A stretch of DNA of 64,000 nucleotides from Klebsormidium nitens (Eukaryota > Plantae > Klebsormidiophyceae): contig DF237113.1 of NCBI GenBank assembly GCA_000708835.1, forward strand, positions 1-64,000, given 5' to 3'. Position numbers and translations under genes: made by a program. Of this stretch, positions 58,023 through 64,000 are shown in pieces. The notes under the pieces are model-generated. The model did not search any database and had not been told where the DNA came from. It saw nothing but the letters and a program-made list of their open reading frames with translations. Position 1 is the first letter of the stretch, and each line of letters begins with the position of its first letter.

Positions 58023-61000
58023 ATGTTTACTCGAGGGGGGGCGATGGATAAGACCACTGAGCAGGTGAATATCTCTTGACATTCTCTGAATCAGCATGAA
58101 GTTTAGTCACGAGTACGTGGACAGGGACATATGTTGCAACGCTATCGCACAACTTTCAACGGAAGAATTTGCTGATGTGCACATTGCATGGGTCACTTTG
58201 AGAAGTGGCTCTGAGGGCTATCTTCAGACCCCTGACAACAAAGGCATGGCATCACGATCAGAAAAAGAGCGCAGTGACCATCACAATGGCAATCAACCGA
58301 ACTCAAACGCACCCCCAATCGGATTGACAATGCAAGCAGGACTTGTGGAGAAAACGTGACCAGCTGGTCACATAAGAAGTGTTCGTTGCGGCAACTTACA
58401 ACAACAAGAAGGGGTTGCTAGTGTCGAAGGGTCTGCAGGGTGGCCCCGCTCAGTTGCAACTTAGCATTCAGTCCAGAATCAATTCCAAAATTGTTCCCCA
58501 TTGACTATTTTCCTCCCGTGCATCTGTCAAGGACCAGTCACCTCCCGCTTTATTTAGTTTTTGATGCAGATTTTCTGAACGCTTAAAATTGAGGTCACCA
58601 GGATTCTTCTTGTATGAAGATCATAAATCAAGCGGCTGATTGACGCATCCAGCGCCTACCCAACCTGGACCCGTGCAAGGAACAGGCTGCTTGGCCTTTC
58701 TACTTCGCCTCTGCTAGCTTGGATAGCCCCATTGCATGTCTGAGCAGGCCATCACATTGAAGGGACCGGGGCACAAACTCTTGTTCCTTTCTGGTCCTAG
58801 AAGCTTCAAAACTAAAATAGAGGTAGAGATTAGTGAACCACAGCCTTGACGAGAGGCCTGCAAGGGGATCCCTCACAGGGATGCGGTTGCTACTTCTGAC
58901 CGTTTTCCTTGACGACATTGAGATGAACACTCCTACAAACAGGTTCCCGTGGAAACACTCCTACTAAAAGGTTCCCGTGTGATGAGGAATCTGCATTTGA
59001 TTCTTCCCTGCAGTATATCACAGCGCTCAAGAAGCCGCGTTCCTCGTTCCTTGTAGTATGAACAGCGCTCAACAAGTTGTGTTCCCTTCTTTCTTGCAGT
59101 ATTATGACAGCGCTCAAAAAGTTGCGTTTTTTTCTTCCTTGCAGTACGTTACGGCACTCAAGAAGGGCGCCACACTGCTCAAGTATGGCCGCCGCGGCAA
59201 GCCCAAGTTCTGCCCGTTCCGCCTGTCTCAAGACGAGATGGAGCTCATCTACCACCTGGGAAAGGACGAAAAATACCTGAAGCTGTCCACCGTAACCTCC
59301 CTCTCGACGGGCCAGAAGACTGCCGTGTTTCAGCGGCACCCGCGCCCCCACCAGGACCACTTGTCCTTCAGTCTGATCCACAGCGGTGGAGAGAGGAGCC
59401 TTGACTTGGTGAGTAAATGCAGCGGCGCTCAAAGTCTATAGATTCATGTATTCTCGAACACTGGAAAAATGTTGGGAACATGTAGCTGAAGCCTGCAAGT
59501 AGCTGAAACTTTTGGCAGCCGCTTTCTGTTGGCGCTTTTAGTGAAAGGCTTCAATGTGCTCCAAAGTCCTAAAAAGACTTTGCATATAGTATCTGCCCGT
59601 ATGGGAGATTTGGATAAGACATTAAAGCAGAGGAGGACAGCAGATACCTCATTGCTAACAGTCTCGAAGTCTGTGGTCGCTGTAATTGTCCATGCTAAGA
59701 AGATGACCACTCTTGCTATGACGAAAAGTACACTTACACTCGAAATACTCTTGCCTGCAGATCTGCAAGGATGAGGACGAGTTCGAGATATGGTACAAGG
59801 GCCTGAAGGCGCTGTTTTTGGCTCATCAGCGACGGCTGCACTCTGCGGGTCAACAGAGCAGCCCTGTTCGTTCTTTGAAGGACGCGGCAGGGTACTTTCA
59901 CAGCGAGTCGAATCTCACCAACCGGACCGTGAGCACGCCTGGACCAACTTACCTTTGCCCATTTGTTTGCCGCTTTACCTTTCGGAAGCTATGAACACTG
60001 CTCTCTGAAGAACGCTGTATGATGACTTCCCAAGTGAGTCCCCCCTCTTGGATAAAACAAGCGATTATGTTAGGTGCATTCGTCAGTATCCTGGATCCGA
60101 CAAACAACACGCGGAGTCAAAGCTGGTCAATCCTCTATGTTGTACTCCGTTTTCTCGCAATCTCTGCGACCAGAATACCATATTCAAAGCATTCCGCTCA
60201 TTCCGCCCATCCCGCTCCCTTGCAGACCATCTCCACGAGGTCCACCCCGCCTGCATCTCCCCAGTCCGCCCTTTTGGAATACCACCCCCCCGCCAAGCCA
60301 GACGCGCGGCCCCTCAGCCGAAGCGCCTCAGCAGGAGAGGCCATCGCAACCGTCCGATCCCTGGACGGCAAACGGCCGACGTACGAGCCGTCGGACAGCG
60401 GGGCCAGCGTCGTCGAGGGGCTGCCGATGCGCTCGGTCTCGTCCGAGCTCCCGCGGGTGCTCCTCTCGAGCGCCGCCAGCACGTCATCGAACAACGACGA
60501 CGAGAACCTGGGCGACGTGTACATGTGGGGGGAGGGTCTTGGAGACGGCGTTCTTGGGGGGGGGAGCTTACGCGTCGGGAGCGGGGGGCCGGGGGCCCAC
60601 GTGGACGCGTTGATGCCGAAGCTGATGGAATCGACGGTCGTTCTCGACGTGCAAATGATTGCGTGCGGGGGCCGGCATGCGGCGCTGGTGAACCGGCAGG
60701 GGGAGACGTTTTGCTGGGGGGAGGAGGCGGGGGGGCGGCTCGGGCACGGGGTTGATAGCGACGTGCAGCAGCCGGAGATCGTGGACGGGTTTGCGGGGGT
60801 GCAGATGGAGAAGGTAGCGTGTGGGGAGTACCACACATGCGCGGTGTCGACATCGGGTGAGTGGAGATGCGTTTTACGGCCCGATTCTGCTTGTCGCATC
60901 AAGAGGGGTTTGAGCTGATGCGGCAATGGATAGAGATGTAAGTGTCGAGAGTGTAAATGAGGGGCAACTCGGCGCTACCTCTACTCAGAGACGAGTTTGA

Positions 61001-63636
61001 TTTCGGACTGCACGCTTACGGCTCACAGCCTGAAGTCAACCATACCGCTATGTGATGCAGGGTTTGCAAGAATCAGGAAATGAGTAGAATGCTCTTGGTT
61101 CTCGCAGGAGTCGATGAACGTGACAGAGACAGTCACGAGGGAGTCACGAGCATCACCTTTTGGAGTTCTTTTTGCAAGCGTTGTCAATCTGCAGGCGAGG
61201 AGAGTCTCGGCTGTCAGATCTGCACTCATAGTTCCCGATCTGGCTCCTACGGATCTTTTAAAGACGAGCAACGTGAATGTTCTCCCAGCTTCAACTTTCT
61301 CTGCTGACAAAACAGTCCCATCTGCAGGCGAACTCTTCACGTGGGGGGACGGATCGTACGGCTGTGGGCTGCTGGGTCACGGAAACGATCTGAGCCATTG
61401 GATGCCAAAGCGGATCGAGGCTCTCGACGGGATCAAGATCGCGGAGGTTGCTTGCGGTCCCTGGCACACGGCTGCGGTCTCGACGTCGGGGCGACTTTAC
61501 ACCTGGGGGGATGGCACGTTTGGAGCGCTAGGTGAGTGGATTGGTTGGTCTCTGGGATTCTTTATCCGTTGTTGTTTTGGGAAAATGGTTAATCATGCAT
61601 CCTTCGATCGTGTGAGGACGTAGTAGGAGAACGGCAGAATCGATGCGTTCACTTAGCTTTGACAGGAGCGGAATCCTCCACCTTTCGCTTTTCAGAAAGA
61701 GGACTCTGGTTGACGCGGAAAGGATCACAAATCTGGTCGAGGTTACCACGAGAGTCAAGCTTCGCTTTACAAGCGCTTGCGGAATCCCCAAATCACCGTA
61801 TGTCTTGACCTTGACCGAGTTGTTGTCTTGACTTTGGGACCTAGTCAGCAAAGGGCTTTTCAACAATGTTCACTCGTCTTGTACCTGAATATCGTATACC
61901 TCAACAAGGAACCCCCACTGATATTTTGGCTTCTTCAGGACTATATCGTCTTAACTAGATTGTCTCGCTTTCCAGGGCACGGGACAAGAGCTACCGTAAC
62001 CACGCCGCGCGAAGTCGAGACGTTGAAGGAGCTCCGGGTGTCAAAAGTCGCATGCGGGGTGTGGCACACTGCGGCCGTTGTCGAGCACACGACTGCAGAT
62101 GGGCTTTCGTCACTCAACCGGCTATACACGTGGGGGGACGGGGATAAGTGCCGGCTGGGCCATGGGAACAAGGTGAGGGCTGCTTTCAAATCCCCTTGGC
62201 CCTGGGATAGATATGATTGCTCTGCTTTGTAACCTGCTTGTCAGCACTGGTGCTCTCAAGTATCAGTACTGAGTAAGGAACAGGTGTGTTTTGATGGAGA
62301 GCCAGCACGCTTTCTCGGGCCAGCACAAAGCAGCTTTCAGGTTGCCATACAGTTCCGTGTGTGCTTCTCTCCGCAGCTTTGAGGACTGGGATCGGAACAT
62401 TTTCCAAGTTAAAGCGAGAAGTCGTGGTTGAGGGGACCACTAGTTGGCCAATCCTGGTCGAAGCCTTGCGCTTGCTTCTTCTGATACGTCTCGCTTTTGA
62501 GGGGACCACTAGTTGGCCAATCCTGGTCGAAGCCTTGCGCTTGCTTCTTCTGATACGTCTCGCTTGCACCCACTGCGTCCTGGCTTTCTAAGAATTGTTG
62601 TTGTCACCTGGACCGAAGGAAACGAATAGAAGTCAACACCTACATGGATGTTCAGCATTAAGACACTCGGGGTTGGAAAGGCGGTTCGGGTGGGTTTGAT
62701 GCGGAGCGCGTGACGTTTGTGGTTTGGAATCTTACCTAAACCCTACACGAGGTACTTTCTTTAGAGGTAAAACTTCTTTTACGTACTAGAATCTACGGAT
62801 ATCACTGATGTTACGAACTTCAATCTACCCTTGCAGGAGACCAAATGGGTCCCCACCGTCGTCGAGGCGCTGCTGGGGGAGTCGGTGGTCCAGGTCGCAT
62901 GCGGGCACAGCATGACCGTTGCCCTAACTAGCGCGGGGTCCGTTTTCACGTGCGGCAGCGGGGTGTACGGACAGCTGGGCAACCCGTCCGCGTCCGGAAA
63001 GGTGCCCCAGCTCGTTGAGGGGAAGCTCAAGGTAAGGGGTCGTCCATATAACGAACAGATTCTTATATGGTTTGGAGCATTGCATTGAGGTGAGGGAAGA
63101 AGGCTCAGAGGAACATTTTCTGTCACAATTGGTTTAAGATTTGACAGCTCAGATCGAAGTGGCGGAAGAAAAGGGCAAAATCCTGAGGCGCTTGTTGACA
63201 TTGAAGTGAAGCACGAAGCTGGCTGCAGCGATTCAAAGACATGGTGTGCCATTTTTGATTGTTCACGCCTTCTTAAGCACAAAAAGCAGATGAGTAACGT
63301 TCGCAACTTGGACCAAATAAATTGCTTCGCTCGTCAAAGTGCTCTTTATGAGCATTGAACAGACTCATCAGAAAAGCCCCCTCAAAAGTGACGCTGTCAC
63401 TCACACCACTTACCCATTCTGAGCCAGCTTCTAAGATGCCATGACCCAACGATCGAATCCGATTTTTGCAGGGCCAGTTCGTGGACCAAATTGCCTGCGG
63501 GGCCTTCCACGTTGTCGCGCTAACCAGCACGCAGCACATCTACTCATGGGGAAAGGGCGCGAACGGACGCCTCGGGATGGGTGACACCAAGGATCGGGAG
63601 TTTCCCACACTAGTAGAAGCGCTGAAAGACAAGCAG
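58023..63636 (+). CDS. PRAF/RLD-family PH + RCC1-repeat protein (3' part, expected FYVE/BRX, lies beyond the window)
   Basis: Exons: 58023-58064, 59145-59408, 59761-59928, 60226-60856, 61328-61531, 61976-62172, 62837-63031, 63472-63636. PH: [48 protein letters not shown]1: [64 protein letters not shown]. Confidence 0.93.
58926..58979. repeat. Short intronic tandem duplication, period 28 bp
   Basis: aacactcctac....aggttcccgtg occurs twice. Confidence 0.8.
59000..59144 (+). repeat. Three tandem copies of the PRAF exon-2 acceptor and exon start
   Basis: Copies: cag|tatatcacagcgctcaagaag (AG 59012-13), tag|tatgaacagcgctcaacaag (59055-56), cag|tattatgacagcgctcaaaaag (59098-99). Real: cag|tacgttacggcactcaagaag (59143-44). 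Spacing 43, 43 and 45 nt. Confidence 0.92.
62430..62565. repeat. Near-perfect 69-bp tandem duplication in PRAF intron 6
   Basis: gaggggaccactagttggccaatcctggtcgaagccttgcgcttgcttcttctgatacgtctcgctt starts at 62430 and at 62499. Confidence 0.95.
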
Positions 63637-64000
63637 GTAAGAAGCGTTGCCACTCACGATGCTGCTTCGGTGCGTCGTCTCTGAACTCGATGCAGCGCTT
63701 CATGAGCAACCTGCCGGTTTCAGAAGGCATAGGAAGCCTTGAAGTTAGACGACTAAGCTCGTCAAGTCGCAGATACATAGCAAGAACTTTCTTGGGGAAT
63801 TTTGACAGTGTTGCTTTCAGTATACAATAAGCAGGGTGCTTGAAAAGCGCTGTAGTTTCTCCTGGTTTGGTAGGGCCTGGTAGCAGCATCGTGGTTGATG
63901 CAAGAAATTGGTTCAGTGGATTCTGGAGTTCGGAGAAAATCGTGAGCAGAATCCACACACAAGAGTCCCCTGTCCTCTTTTTGGTGGTCATGCCTTTGTT

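Noticed and set aside
1-64000. tRNA, rRNA, snRNA or intact transposon/viral genes
   Set aside because: I recognised no cloverleaf, rRNA, transposase, reverse transcriptase or terminal-repeat signatures. A covariance-model search (Infernal, tRNAscan-SE) would be needed to exclude small RNAs in the intergenic islands.

Overview
This is eukaryotic, intron-rich nuclear DNA (GT-AG introns, mostly YAG acceptors). Gene content and plant-type homologues suggest a streptophyte green alga (Klebsormidium-like); this is inference only. I hand-spliced 12 protein-coding loci whose splice phases are consistent: the 3' end of an F-box-like paralog (+), SF3B2 (-), a canonical HCEFSSxR Cdc25 (+), an intronless F-box-like gene (-), a full FHA-RING-Cys-rich-PBZ CHFR (-), an intronless F-box/LRR gene (+), a plant-type WD40 gene (-), an ELO-like/Raf-like kinase gene (+), an ARM-like/JmjC (NO66/RIOX-type) gene (-), TMEM97/EXPERA (+), signal peptide peptidase (-) and a PH-RCC1 PRAF/RLD gene (+, runs off the window). 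Three observations stand out. (1) A fatty-acid-elongase (ELO/GNS1-SUR4)-like membrane domain that has lost its HxxHH motif splices in frame to a non-RD TKL kinase, which makes a candidate new receptor-kinase type. (2) Eight introns in six genes carry arrays of decayed copies of the 3' splice site plus exon start ('acceptor echoes') upstream of the real exon. (3) Palindrome-dense islands sit behind gene 3' ends. I saw no rRNA, tRNA, CRISPR array or intact transposon.
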